Part shown: one piece after another, positions 13,101 to 26,867 of the stretch
Layout of the letters: each line of letters starts with the position of its first letter
Numbering within the stretch: position 1 is the stretch's first letter
NCBI GenBank assembly: GCA_030141605.1
Contig: JAQGDQ010000193.1
Location: forward strand, 124,001 to 188,000
Direction of reading: 5' to 3'
DNA from: Tubiluchus corallicola
Taxonomy: Eukaryota > Animalia > Priapulida
Length of the DNA: 64,000 nucleotides
Notes under the pieces: generated by a model
Databases searched by the model: none
What the model saw: only the letters and a program-made list of their open reading frames with translations
What the model was told of the DNA's origin: nothing
Translations under genes and position numbers: made by a program

Positions 13101-16100
13101 TACACTTTAACTGTATGAAATTTAGGACAAATGATTACAAGAGTTAAAAAGGAATGATATGTTTCATTTTCCTAAAAAGAACCTTTTTGTTCCGGTATTT
13201 AGGGATTTTACACGGTGTATCGACACGTCTTCGAAGCTCTGGCAGCAGAAGACGTCTTGTTTCTTGAAGCAAAGAACAAAGAGATTGATGTACCGGGCTT
13301 CGGTAAATCTGACAGTAGCTACGAAGAGGTACACATCACGTTTGTCAGTTTCCTGTCAGTTAGCAATCAACTCGGTCAATTACCGACATTGATAATGAAT
13401 TTATTTTGTTTTGTGCTTTTTACTTGAGTATTGTACCCGTTTCATCAAAAGTAAAATGAGACTAATGCAACACCTGGCAGTTCACAGTTTTTTGGTGATC
13501 GAGTTATAGCACATTTCATTAATAAATTGTAATCCTAGATTAATTAATAATATTCGTACACATTATATATCTTTTTAGAAGAAAAATTTTTAAAATGAAA
13601 GTGTTGGCTACACTAATGTGTTTGCTTTAAAGTTAATTATAATTAATTTTCTCATTTTTGGTTTTATTCTCTTTTAGAACGTAACCTTTTTTTGACAAGA
13701 GAAGTTTTATGCTAAGCACATTTGTTCATTCGAATGACTTGTTATTAGCAACAGGGAGCTGTTTAAGACTTTGCAAAGAACTTAGCTGTTGATTTTTTAC
13801 TGATTACTCTCCAGGTAGTGCATCCGTTTTATGCTTACTGGCAAAGCTACTGTACAGCAAAGTCGTACACGTGGGTGGAAAAGTATGATATACGAGATGC
13901 TCCCAATCGTCGCATCCTACGTCTCATGGAAAAGGAAAATAAGAAGCTGCGTGACAAGGCAAAGAAGGAGAGAAATGAAGCAGTTAGGGTATGTGCATTA
14001 ATCTTTAAAGGAAAACAGGATGATATTTATACTCCAAAATGAAGTACATCAATTGCATACATTTTAACACCTATAATAATGTCAAAGCATTTATTATAGT
14101 AGGTTAAAGTATTAGTTAGCGGCAGGTGAGCTCAACTAGTGATCACTTCACAACTGAACGTAATTTTTTGGAGCACAAGCATTCTACGAATGTGTTGCAT
14201 GTGTTTGCAAAAGCGAAAATTGAAGTACAGTGCTACTGTATAACATTCAGTATGATACACAAAAAACTTGGCAAATTTTACTTTAAAAATCAAATTTCAT
14301 GTTTACCTCTATGCTCACGCATAAGCACACAAACTACATACTATGTCACAACTGGACACCTCTGAACTGAGAGATGCAGCACCTGTTTTTTGTGCAATGC
14401 ATTTCCGAGATGAAGGCGCTATTGTCCATCTAACAGCAAATTGCAAAGTGCATGCAACAGAGAAGAATTAGTTGCGTGAATGCAAAGTTACCATGTCATG
14501 GTAATAATTCCTTCACGTAAGTCATTTTTGGAAAAATGGTATGTTTCCTTTCAGTAGTTTATAGGGTAGATTGCTTTGAGCAATACTTTAAGATGAGGTT
14601 CGGTTTTCCTTTGAAGACTCATTTTGGCGATATGCTGCGCATTGAACATGTGCTCGCATACTAGCTTTGCTAGATTTTGGAAAAATTGAGCTATCAATTC
14701 CTTGACTAACAGACTTAAGTCTAATTTAGCCTAGTTTGTGTTGTGTGAACGTAAGCAAAATAATGGAAAAATAAAATGCAAGTTTTCTCTTCAAATTGAG
14801 ACTACTGGGACAACTGAGGCCAGTCTGTCACCAGGCGTCTTTCATTATTTTCCAGACAAGGAAGTAGATTCTTATGGTTTATACCATTGCTGAAAGAATG
14901 TATAGTATTGCATGTGAATGACTTGAATTCACATGGCACATGTTGCCATACAGCAATGCGATGGCCCACGATTCAAAAGCAAGCTTTTACTGATATGACA
15001 TAATTTACTGTTTTGTCAAATGACACAAATTTTCCATAACTTTTCTATTTTTTTTCTGTGGTCGAATGCCAAGCCTAAGAGAATTACTATGTAACAGTGC
15101 AAGCCTACTTCTTTCATTTGATTAATTTTGTGGTAACGTTGTTATAGTTATTGAACACCTGTAATCTCTGTAATTATATTATAATACACAGTGGTCATGA
15201 TATCAAAGTGTCATGTAACTGTATCTTCAAAAAGTGAATTTGTGTGTTTGTTATAGGCGCTCGCTGCTTTTGTGAGAAAACGAGATAAGAGAGTGCAAGC
15301 ATATAGGGTAAGTGCAAATGAGTCTATAATTTTGAATTTTTGTAAAATGTTAACTGGTGCAAAGCTGTGTAAAAGGTACGGTTTGTCCCACTGTGCCATA
15401 AATTCGATTGAAATTCATTTTTTAAACACCGAACAGAGAGTTAGACTAGAGCTTTTAGTTTAAACATATTTTTATTAAATACAATCATTAAATACGGCTT
15501 GAACAGACAGTTTTTAATAACTGATAACTGATGAATGTTCTCGCCAGTGAAACGTAACACTTAGAAGAGTGCAGACAATAAACAAACGGCAGAAACATTA
15601 CAGTATGACTGCTAGCAGTATAGACACATACATAGCATAATGTTGACAATGATATTAATATTACTATGTAATCAATATAAACTAATACAATGGATAGAAG
15701 CACTTCGTAAGAAATACAAATTTCTGTACAAGCTTAAATACTTGAATGTTAACAGTTATATTTAAATGTTGATTACCATGAAGAAGCAGATAAGCGAGTT
15801 CATTTGTTGACAGATTATGAATTCTAGTATTATAAGGAATTAACAAAGCACAGAGGTTGCTCAGTAAAATATCTTGAGCATATATAGGGGGCAGCTAATT
15901 GTAAAAATGATTAATCGTTTCAAAAGGGGCACTGCATCTACAGGTAGATAAAACGGGGTTCCATCATAGTTTTTACATCCTCTCTGACTCAGGTTAAAGA
16001 TTAGCTGAGAAAAGCCAGCCTGCATTCATGTTTGAGGAACAGCTAGTCTACGATCGCCATAGGAGTAATATATGGAGCATTTGTTGAAACTCAGGTGTTT

Positions 16101-19100
16101 TTTTAGCTGTAATTTAAATGACGATAAGGACACGCTATTACGAATATACAGAGGAAGAACATTCCATGAATCACTAGCAGAAACAAAGAATGAATTAGCA
16201 AATGATGATTAAAGTTTGTGAAATCATCGCCATTTCATACTGGATATGGTGTGACATCTCTGACTTTTGGTGGCAATATATCACACAAATATATTGGAGT
16301 TAATTGATTGATAATTTTATACAGTAACCATAAGCGGAAATATTTAAACAGCGTGGATATTGGACCCAGAGCTTTTGATTTAATCAAGCAAAGTTTAATT
16401 TCTTTTTTTTTCATTTAAATGATCAGTCACCAAAATGTAATTGTTTCATCGTTGGCCTACAATCTACTGTTCACTGTATTTTTACAAAAGGTGACTTAAT
16501 GTTTCAAATGACTCACAAAACGATGAACCATTAAATTTGTGTCTTCTTATTAACAGAAACAGCTGGAGGAGAAGGCTGCTGAGAACAAAAGGCAAGTGGA
16601 AGTGCGACGAGCAAAACAGCGCGAGGAGCGACTTCACAGAATGCGGGGATATGAGGAAGCTAATTGGTCGTCAATGAGTGCCATGGAGCAAGAACTGAAG
16701 GATATTGAACATCGTCTGCAACAAGAATTTGGTGGAAATAAAGTGCAATCTCCTGGTAATTAATTTTCTTAGTCTGATTTTTATTTTTACTTTTTTAGGG
16801 AGATTGTAACTTAGTTTTGTGAAGTAACAAAGGTTACCGAGTACCCGAATTGTCCTGACAAATTTATTCTGAGCATGGCTACTGTTCGTAATTTCTTGGT
16901 TTAGTCCCGGTCCAATTTTCAGTTCATCTGTTGATGCATCTCAAGTGCAGTTAGATATAAGCTTCCATGTATGATAATTAACAAAGAAAGAGAACAATAC
17001 AACTTCATTAATTATTTGATGTTTATTATAATCACGATACTTTTTATTTACATAAAGTAATCCTTTGACCAACGAATCCATTTATTTAAATTCTCTGTCA
17101 AATCTCTTACAAGCGTAATGTGTCAAGCTGCATAACACGTCTGTTAGACGTTGCCTGATTATGGTCTCCATTCATATGGTCCGGATACAGTTTTGAATTT
17201 TTTATATCTAATAAAATGCACACTTTCAATCTATTAAATTTTAGATTATTCTCTGCTACTATTATTATCACACATATTTTAACTATAACTGACTTAAGTA
17301 AGTTACTGCATGCACTGAATGAATGTTCTCCATTTTCATGTTATTGTTGTTAACAATCATAATGACAAATTCTGCTGTGAGAAACAACTTCCTTTCATTA
17401 ATTTTTTTTTTGAAAATAAGGTGCTTTTTGTCAGGGCCCGTGCATACAGACCATAGGGGCCAATTAATGGTAGTTCGATCAGTTCCTTGGCCATGCTAGG
17501 GGTACTAACCGACTGCCCACTAAAGGAAACAGTCAGTAGCTGATTGTAGGCAGACTCTACAGGGGCTCTACCTAAATAGCATGGATTCTTTTGTGGTGTG
17601 ATGGATGAAAAACAGGCTTTTTATCTATACCTCAAAAATCAAACTGTAAGCAGTCAAATAAGTAACAAGATATTAAGTTTAATGACGCAATAAAAATCAA
17701 ACAGTCGTGTAATTTAGCTATTTGCAAACAAGGGAACTTATTAATAGACAAAAGTAAGTCTGAAAACGCTACTAAACAGCATGACATAAAATAAATGCAA
17801 TGATAAAACATACAAAAATCATACAGTGTTCCTAACTGTTTAAAGGGTTCCTACTTACTCTACCCTAAGGGTTCCACCCCAAAACGTGAATGCTATTTAC
17901 AGTATCTTCTCCAGACAAGTGTAGTTTGTGGTCATAGTCCTTTAGGACGACTAAAGTATGGTTCAGACTTCATCTAACGGGTTCACGACTCCAACAGTAA
18001 CGACGCAAAAAGTCTGAGAGAAACGTAGCTAAATGTTTCAACGTAGGTCTATCAAAAGGGTGACGTGTGAACGAAGCAGTAGGCACATGCGTTTGGAGAT
18101 TCACATCAAAAATAAGTCCTTCCTCTGGCGCCAATTAACGATAACGTAAATAAACATGTACCTTTGCTGTGCGATTTATTGCCATAAAGTTCCTACCCGG
18201 GCGGTGACGACTTCTCCGTCCCATTCGATGGACTATTGAGCTGGGCACCTTTCCAACTGCACAACGGTGCTCTCACATGATCCGAAACGACATCTTCCCG
18301 GCATGGTAAGATCAGCAAAGCCATGTAAACCAATATGTGGACATCTTCCACCACCACAAATAGATCATTAGCTTTTCAAACGCCAGCTAATGGAAAATCA
18401 GGTAAAACGTAAAAACGCAGTTTAACCAACCAAAGTCAAGTTGCATATATCGTGTCGGCGAAATCTGTGTCATGAACGTACAGAAATCTATGCGTTTGGC
18501 TTCAATCCGATTGAATGCACAAACGTACAGTTACACCTTTCACCCAACCCAGGGGGGACTAACATTCCCTAAACTAACAAATAGTACTACCTAGTTGAAT
18601 GTAACAATCTAGAAACAATTTACACTTAGTGAACATAGGTAAAGAAAAGCTGGTGTCAAAATACGAAATTAAAGTTTAATGTTTATCTGCAAGTTAAAGT
18701 ACAGCTCAATGATTTAATCTGTGTCATTACACTTTTTACAAAATATATATTTATAGTTTTTGTGAAGCTGCCAATTTTATCCTACCCTTTTAATACATGT
18801 AAATCTTTATTTATTTATCTATAGCCTTAATTATACCTGTAAAATTTTCAATATTTATTTGCCTGCTGTTTCTCGCCATCCACAATCTTGCGTGATCTAC
18901 TGTGTATCGTGTGCCACAAGGTTTCTAAAAGCACTACTACCGTAGCTGCTGCTATTCCGAAGGGTAGCACCCAGAAGATCGCTTGCAAATTTTCCATACC
19001 AAGTGCAGTTATGGCTAAAAGTTCATTCTCAGTGTCGTGATGGCAACCACTATGAATTCCTGCATCAAAGAAACTCTTGTCAAACTGCTGAGGTAAGCCG

Positions 19101-22100
19101 CTGCTCACCATGAGGGATAGCTCCAGATCGAGTTCCTCTTTGTAGCATCGTCCCTTGGAAATCGACCAAGTTTCGTAAAGCCAACTGAACTTGAAGGGCG
19201 AATAGGAGAACTTGCAAGCCGTGCTTTCTGCACTCATCATAATTTTTGCTTCTCGTTCGCTAAACATGAAAACGTACTTCCCAGTTGCCGTCAGTGCCAA
19301 GCACTCTTCCGTGGTTGCCACGGGTACTTCTGAATGGTGCTCCATCTTTTCCCAAAGCTGTCCTAGTTCTGTATGAGATGGACTTTCACGCAAGAAGTGA
19401 GTATCATGATAGTGACCCACTGTCACTGGAATAAGCTTGCTCTTAATCAACTCTTCTAGGCTATAAAATGGATAAACTGGCGATTGAATGAAAAGAAAGC
19501 TGACTATGGTACCCGTGTAGATGGCAGTTGCAGCTAAAATAAAGATCCACCAGAATGCTAAAGTCATCCTTGCAGAAAGGCTAGCTGGTAAGTGCTGACC
19601 TCCTTGCACTACGATCGAACCCAGGGTGTACTGGATGAAGTATGACAGCCCAGGTGTTGAACTGGTATCTGCATTTGTTGTAACATTTACGGCGTGCTCT
19701 TCAATGGTTACGACTGCAGCGGTGACGAAGCTTAGTGCAAGCAGTAACACCCAAACCGTTCTTGTGAATGGTGCGACAAGGTTCGAGCCAACCACGTTCT
19801 GTTTTGGTTTTGCTATGATGAATATCTTCTGAGTATACCAGAGGGGGTACAGAAACTCATGCACTTTTGCTCGTTCTTCTGTAGGTATTAGTGGTGTGAG
19901 GACAATGTCCACTAACCCTGTGGTCAAGGCGTCACCCCACGTGGTATTCTCGTATAGATAGTTCGTGACCGAATAGGTGAAATTAAGTTCCTCACTCAAG
20001 ATCTTGAACAATTTAAGTATCACTTCAGAATCATCGTAATTTTCGTCAATCCAAATTCCTGCTTTTACGCTTCTTCCATTTAGAGAACATTTTTTATTTC
20101 TGTAGTACATGTTTGTATAATAACGTTTCATTTCAGCGACATCTACCTGTTCTTTTTCTACTTTGTTGTCTTCCATTTCGTCAACAAGATAAGTGCATTT
20201 TTCAACCATATTGTCTTTGCTGTTGTTACCAGCAGCTCCACATTGCTTGCATTCTGCATTTTTAATGACTGATGTTTTACTTGTTGAAGCTGTGCTCCCA
20301 GTTAAGATAAAAATCAAACAACTTATTGCCGTTATTTTCACCATCTTCACGTTTCATGTCCATCAGCACCGTCCGCATTTTCAGAAGTCCGGTTAGTTAC
20401 AGAGACTGGCATATTTGTTATTGGTTGCAGCTGGATAAACATTTTAATCAATTCTCTTGCCAGTCTTGATTTGTTTAATGACGTTGTGTTGCATAGGAAG
20501 CCCAGTTTGTAGTTAGATCGATTTAGCCAGTACGTATGTTGAATGCTTTAGGAATGAAATGAATCTGTTTTCTCACTTGTTATGTTATATAATAAATTGG
20601 AGACACTTTTTAGTACATTTCTGATATTGATGTGCAAAAAGTGGAAATAATGACTATATAGGTTAAGAAAATAACTGTAAATGATCCAGATTAATAAAAT
20701 GTTTACAATACTTATATTCAAGGCTATTACAACCATAATTATAGTTTTTGTAAAAAGGAAAATTAATTGATAAATTTTGACACTCTTGATAGTTCATCAT
20801 ATTGACAATAGAAAGAGAAATGAGAAATCTTTTGTACGTATTTTTCATGAAATTGAATTTATTTGAAAAGTTGAAGTGTAGTGTATCTGCTTTTATTGCT
20901 TTATGTTTTTTCTTTTTCACACTCAAATTTTATAATAATACGTTGAAATTTGCTTTTATTTAGCAAATTAAAATGAAATGTCCTCTCACATACTGCATCC
21001 ATGAAAACAATATGAGAAGTTTTCGTGTATAAATAATACATTACTGTTGCCAGCCCATGCCAGGAGTTTTATAAATCTTTTGAAGTTGTTTTTATTTTTA
21101 TTTCTAGATAAAGAAGAGCTTGATGACAGTGAGTCGGAGCTTGACAGCTTATTTTGTGTGGCTTGCAATAAAGCTTTCAGAAGTGATAAGGCGTGAGTAG
21201 CACAATTATATGTTGATAATGACAAATATATTTTTGATTATTAATCTGTATTGAATGACTTAATGTAGATGTTGTGATAGAGCTGTGGTATCTCTTTTTC
21301 AAAGATAAAGATGAGGCACTAAGCCAGTGAAAGTGTATTTTGGTGGACAAACCACTAAGCAACAGTTTTGCAGACAATGATTTGCCTGAAAGAGTGAGTG
21401 TTGTAAATCTTAAGTTTTTTGCTGATAATGTAAAGTTGTATCAACAAATTTGTAGTGATGGGTCACGTGATATACAGCAAGCATTAGACAGTGTTATTGA
21501 ATGAGCAAATATGTGGCAATTAAAGATAGCTATTCCAAAGTGTAATGCTGTTCACATTGGTGAAAACTAATCCTCGCAATAGCTATTTTGTTTCAGATAA
21601 TGAAATTGAATCAGTGAATGTCGTGTGTGATCTTAGTGTTACCATTTCACAAAACTTAAAATCTAGTGCCCATTGTACTGAAATGGCACTTAAAAGCTAA
21701 CAGAATAATTAATATGATTTTTAGAATATTCAGTACAAATGAAAAAGATGTTCTTCTTAGGGCGTATAAACATATGTAAGACCAATAATTGAATATTGTA
21801 CACCAGTATGGCATCCACATCAGCCATTTGATATTGATATTATAGAGGGCGTTCAAAGATATTTTACATGTAAACTCTTTTTTAGATGTAGCATGGCTCG
21901 AATCTCATACCCCGACAGACTAATGGTTTTAAATTTAAAGTCAGAAAAAAATGACAAATTCAAATTGTCCTATGTATGTATTATAAAATCATGTATAAAG
22001 AAGTAGATTTGAGTGCTGAAAAGTATTTTACTAGGGCCTCATCTGATCGTACACGGAGTAACCATTCGTTAAAATTATTTGTACAAAGAACAAATAAAAA

Positions 22101-25100
22101 GCAGTTTGGACAGTAAATCACCCATCATTTACTGGCTAAGCTCTACTGTGTAACTTTCCCTCTGCCATTCCTTTTGTCTCAACCGATTGCCTATGTAGAA
22201 GTTTTTAATGTAACTGGAAGAATGAAATCATTCGGAAAAATGTGCGAGGTTTTCCAGTTCAGGAATCAAGATCCTTATGAATTCCAATTAGATGTACGTC
22301 CTTGATTCCGTAATAACAAGTTAACATGTCTGATTGAAACTCAACTACTGGACAGGCAGTGAGTTCAGTTCCCCATGCTGGGAATTCTCAGATGATCTAA
22401 CAACCGGAATTTTGATTTGTGGCATAATGCAATATGTGTGACACAGCATTTAGGTGTTGATAAACAAGTGTAATTGTAATTGTTTAATATGTGACTCATT
22501 GAATTATTTACCTCAAAGAAAACAAATACACTGGTAAGTTGGACTATGTAGCAACTATTTATGTGTAGAAAATAAGAATTATGCTTGATGAAGAGGCACT
22601 CGTACGATACACATCTGATCGTGTTTGTAAATTTCTCATTTTAGATTCGAGAATCACGAAAAATCTAAAAAGCACAAAGAAAATGTGGTGAGATTAAAAG
22701 AGGCCATGTTGGCGGAGGAGCAAAGTTCGTCCAACGATTCTCTTTCCGCAGACTCGTGCGAGGAAAACACTGACGCTGTGCACGACAGTTTAGATGATGG
22801 TAACAGTTTCGTAGATCTTGACAGTTTCAAAGAGTTAGAACAGTCAAATAGAGAAAATTTGGGAAATATCTGTGAGGAATTTTCGCGACAAAGACAATCA
22901 GACGAAGAAAACTCGCCTTCTGCTAGTGAAGACAGAAGTCTTTCAGACAACGATTCACCAGGAACAGACAGCTCTGATGCGGCTGGTCTTGAGCAACTTC
23001 TTGCTGTTCATACTTTGAAGAAGAGGTATATTTATTTCCATTTAAAACTTACTGAGGTCAAGGCTCAGCATCAGACTAATTAGAATGTCCAGGAAAGGAG
23101 TAACTTTCCTATCAAATGGTACATTTTTGGGCTTTTCAGTAGTTCTGAAGCGCTTCTAGAGAATTAATTTTTAACAGGTGATATTTAGTTGTATAATAGG
23201 CTTACTGTTCTTGCATGTGAGTTTTATTTACATTTGGCCAAGCACAGCAGCAAATTCATGCAGTGCTGTAAACACAGATTTAAGTGGCACGCCTGCGCAA
23301 AGAGAGATAGCTAGCTTCACGCAAAAAAGTTAAGGCACAATTAGACTCTATGTTCTAATATAAATTATTTGGTCTGTTGTGTGGCAAACAATGGGCGTCA
23401 TGTTATACAATAGAAAAACTGCAGTCGATTGTGTGGCAAACACAGCCACTGAGCGGCACACTTCTGAAGTGTTGTGCGATCTGTAGACTAACAATCTTTA
23501 TGTGCACATGTGTGACATTTAAATCTATGGCTACAACTCATAGTCATTTGGCAGAGCAGGCCTGTTTAGTGGCACATGGTGCTTTTCTGTTCATTTATTG
23601 AAATGGCTTTGCTGAGTGAGCTTTTAGATGTGAAGATTGTTATTATTATTACCTAACTAGTAATAAGAATCTGCTAGTTAATTAGCTGGATTTACTGATG
23701 CGGTATGAAACCGTAAAAGTTGGGAATTCATACTACCCTGCTACTGAAATGACAAGGACGAGTTTTCTAGGTCATCGCTGCGCATAACATTAATATTTAG
23801 TGTGTAATATTAATGTATTGCGTACGTGTGCAGTGTAAATAGAGATGTTTGCTAATTGTCTACTGGAAGTGCATCACCGTGATATTCTGTTACCTATGCA
23901 TTTATGTGTAGACGACGAGAAGCCGAGTTTGCAAACCCAGAGCCACCTGTGTCAACGGATGACGATAACGATGCTCGTGATGATGCAACGACAGGCAGTG
24001 GATCAATGCTTGTTAATAATGAAAACAATGCTAAATCCAAAGCCAGGTAAAAAATTCTGACTATGTCAAATTGTCAATTCATTGAAAATCTTTCTTGCAA
24101 TTTTGTACTACCATTGCGTTGTGCTAAAACAATATGCAAATAATCATGGCTTCATTAGCTTGGGAATCCACCTGTTTAACTCTTGCAGATACATACATAT
24201 TGAGCTGCCCATCTTTTTTAAATGTTATAAAATAAATGCGTTTAAACTACCCTTTCTAAGTGTCTATTGTAGCAGACACGAATTTGTCTGGCAATATTTT
24301 AGACAGTACTTTATACCATACCTAGTTATGTTGTACACTACAATTTTTGTAGACACGAAAAGCAATGCATTAATTGATAATTTGGCAGATTTTATTTTGT
24401 CTGTTTTATTTCTTATCATTTTGTCAGTAGAAAAATAGTAGTTGCAACAGTTTGGCTCCCAAATTTGTTGTAATTCATGGCTGTGCCTTTGAGATACTGT
24501 GCGTTTCTTGGAGCTGCAGTATTTAATTCTTTCAGTGATCCTTTTGATACGAACACAAAAACTTGCAAAAGACATTTTTGCCAACAAAGCCCTGTCACTT
24601 TTGGCCAATTACTGTCTTAGAGTGTTAGAATTTTATAGTTTCTTCAAGTGGTGTGCATTTTTCGAGGAGTATCTTGTAGCACTTGCAATGAATTTCAGGT
24701 CAAAGAAGCAGAAGAAACGTCGTCGACAACAACAGAAAGAAAATTTACACGAGGCAGCAACAGCAACAGTGGAAACTCCTCTTCCTTCGGAAGACATCGC
24801 CGAACATCGGGTTAGTATTTGCCTGTAAAGGCTTTCCTTATTTTGGGTAACTCCAACAAACTGATTTGATTTTTTTCCTGGTGATTGGACATGGATTTAA
24901 TACCATTGATGTTTTGTTTTGTTTTTCTTTTATTCAGTCCTATGTAGCCGATTGACTCTTGCTAACATTGTGCTCTTCAACTCTGGTATTCTGATTTACT
25001 CCTAGGCTTATTCATTTAAAGAATTTTTGAATATCTGCATAAACATTTGAAAACCAGCGAGGCACTTTTTTGGAGACACCAAGTGTTGAACATGGTGAGG

Positions 25101-25790
25101 CAAAATAAGTGGTAATGGGGCACATGCTTCGTGACCAAAATTAAGAATGCCGAAACGGTCGGATGACTGATTCATGTCCGCCTGGGCTCATTATGTTTTT
25201 TGGGTGGTTTCATTTGCCATGTTGATTTTGGCTGTTTACCTCGTAGGAAGATTTATAATAGGTTCAGGGAAGACTAAGATATCTCTTTTGGTGCAGTGTC
25301 TCATCTTAAACGGTCAGCCTTGAAAATGAGACAGGTTCTAGGATTGCCACAAACATCAACATTGAGTTACCCTTGCTAATGAGTGCTGAATTCTGCCTTG
25401 CAGTTGCCAAGTGTAGATAAAAAATGAAAACTGAAATGTGCCAACTGCATTTAATTTTGAATGATGCCTAAATGCATTGCAGTAATGACCTAACATAGCT
25501 ATGTGATATACTATAGTACAACATAGTATGTTAATGATTCATTTTTATCTAGTTATTCATATTAGTTACTTAAAGGTTTCTAAATTACTGATATTTAATG
25601 ATTTCAGGAAAAAGAAGATAAACCTGCAAAATCTCTCGCCTGTCAAGTGTGCAGTGTTGAATTTTCCTCTAGAAACAAACTCTTTGCACACATCAATGAT
25701 ACAGGCCATGCAGCGTTAAAGACTGCAGTGCCACCTGTGGCAGACAAGAGTACTACAAAGAAGAAAAGTAAAAAGAAAGGGAAGCGGTAA
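10122..25790 (+). CDS. DNAJC21: DnaJ homolog subfamily C member 21 (Jjj1 ortholog, 60S maturation co-chaperone), about 586 aa, 12 coding exons
   Basis: Exons 10122-10218, 11808-11936, 12261-12349, 13203-13328, 13815-13988, 15257-15307, 16557-16755, 21108-21192, 22645-23025, 23912-24046, 24699-24810, 25608-25790; all GT-AG, phases consistent, 1761 nt total. J-domain [10 protein letters not shown]...LALQWHPDKNP...[25 protein letters not shown]; [16 protein letters not shown]; zinc fingers [25 protein letters not shown] and [30 protein letters not shown] at 25850. Confidence 0.97.
11239..11348 (+). repeat. Tandem duplication of a 55-bp unit (2 copies), LINE 3'-tail-like
   Basis: atggtacattattgtatttgtgcaataaaattga(g/a)ttgaat(g/t)gataccttagtgt occurs twice. 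Contains AATAAA followed by ttgaa repeats. Confidence 0.8.
18848..20344 (-). CDS. Intronless divergent ionotropic receptor (IR, iGluR-derived), about 498 aa, nested antisense in DNAJC21 intron 7
   Basis: First ATG is 20344 (the track start at 20350 is GTG). Signal peptide [20 protein letters not shown]; no large ATD; S1 [22 protein letters not shown]; M1 [14 protein letters not shown]; pore TLGSIVVQG; M3 [21 protein letters not shown] (SYTANLAAFL-like); S2; M4 [16 protein letters not shown]. Confidence 0.92.
   Translation of the reverse strand: MVKITAISCLIFILTGSTASTSKTSVIKNAECKQCGAAGNNSKDNMVEKCTYLVDEMEDNKVEKEQVDVAEMKRYYTNMYYRNKKCSLNGRSVKAGIWIDENYDDSEVILKLFKILSEELNFTYSVTNYLYENTTWGDALTTGLVDIVLTPLIPTEERAKVHEFLYPLWYTQKIFIIAKPKQNVVGSNLVAPFTRTVWVLLLALSFVTAAVVTIEEHAVNVTTNADTSSTPGLSYFIQYTLGSIVVQGGQHLPASLSARMTLAFWWIFILAATAIYTGTIVSFLFIQSPVYPFYSLEELIKSKLIPVTVGHYHDTHFLRESPSHTELGQLWEKMEHHSEVPVATTEECLALTATGKYVFMFSEREAKIMMSAESTACKFSYSPFKFSWLYETWSISKGRCYKEELDLELSLMVSSGLPQQFDKSFFDAGIHSGCHHDTENELLAITALGMENLQAIFWVLPFGIAAATVVVLLETLWHTIHSRSRKIVDGEKQQANKY
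21370..22110 (+). mobile_element. Degraded CR1/L2-type LINE reverse-transcriptase fragment in DNAJC21 intron 8
   Basis: Frame-broken motifs NDLPE...[10 protein letters not shown] (FADD-like), [43 protein letters not shown] and [11 protein letters not shown]. Confidence 0.85.
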
Positions 25791-26073
25791 CACTGGGCTA
25801 TGATTAAGTGAATTTGTTGTTTATTTATTTTGCAATTGTGAAAATACAAAATAAATTTGAAACAAGAAAATCCCTGCTGTTTCGTAAAACATCTCTTGGA
25901 AGAAATACAGGAAAGATTTCTTCATGTGTAACTATAATTTTTCGTTTGACATGCGTCAACAAATACTTTGCTCCAACGTATCAACACTGATTCTTGTCAG
26001 GGAAATAAAAACTGTGCTTGTGAAGCAAACTTTTTACACTTCCAATTAGTGCAAGTACAGATACACTGCAAAC

Positions 26074-26525
26074 TAGTGCTGTTCCGATTAATCGGTTTTA
26101 TCGAAAGTCAGTCGACCGTGATGTTTGACTAAGCGCTCGATCACTAATTTACATAATCGATGATTGCTTAATACCATAAAGGTAAGATTTTGCCACCCGT
26201 TTCTGCCATTTAATGGCAGTGTCAATAATAGCAACAAATGTTGTTAGTAAAATATTTTAATGAATATGCACGATAATTTATACACATAGAACAGCTACTT
26301 AGCAAAAGAAACTGCCGACGATCAGTGCTGAAGCAGCGTGGCCTATAGCAAGGTTCAATATGGGATATCTGCGCACAGGAGTGAAACAACAGACATTTAA
26401 TGTTCTAATATGGTATTTTACACTGACACAACACTACAATATATTACGATCGATCCATACTCGATCATCAATCGTAATTGAAGGTCAATGATCAATCATA
26501 GAAATGAGACCAATTCCCAACACTA
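26074..26525. mobile_element. Non-autonomous hAT-type element (452 bp) with 8-bp target-site duplication
   Basis: TSD ctgcaaac at 26066-26073 and 26526-26533. Imperfect terminal inverted repeats tagtgctg...caacacta. Multiple subterminal atcg/cgat motifs. Confidence 0.8.
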
Positions 26526-26867
26526 CTGCAAACCCAGGCAAGGACTGCGAAACTACCAGGAATTAAAAACATAGTGTATTATAGACATTGTAAAACATTA
26601 AACTACTACATTTAGACAAAACTAAAAAACTTCCTTTTTTCTTAAATGTAATTTTAATTTCCCTTAGACAACCTTGTTGCATAACCATAGAATTTTTCTC
26701 CAAGTATTATTTAGCAAAGAACAAAACTCATTCGTGCCATTACAGAGCTAATGCTATCATACAACTCTTGACTTTCGGACAAGCAGCATCACGTGATATT
26801 AGTGTATGCATATCAAGGATTTTTCTATTACCTGAGATAACAGAACGTGTTTACACATTTTTGCCAA

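Noticed and set aside
15527-15558. Hammerhead-like CTGATGA...GAAACGTA
   Set aside because: Stem II pairs poorly and no stem I can form.
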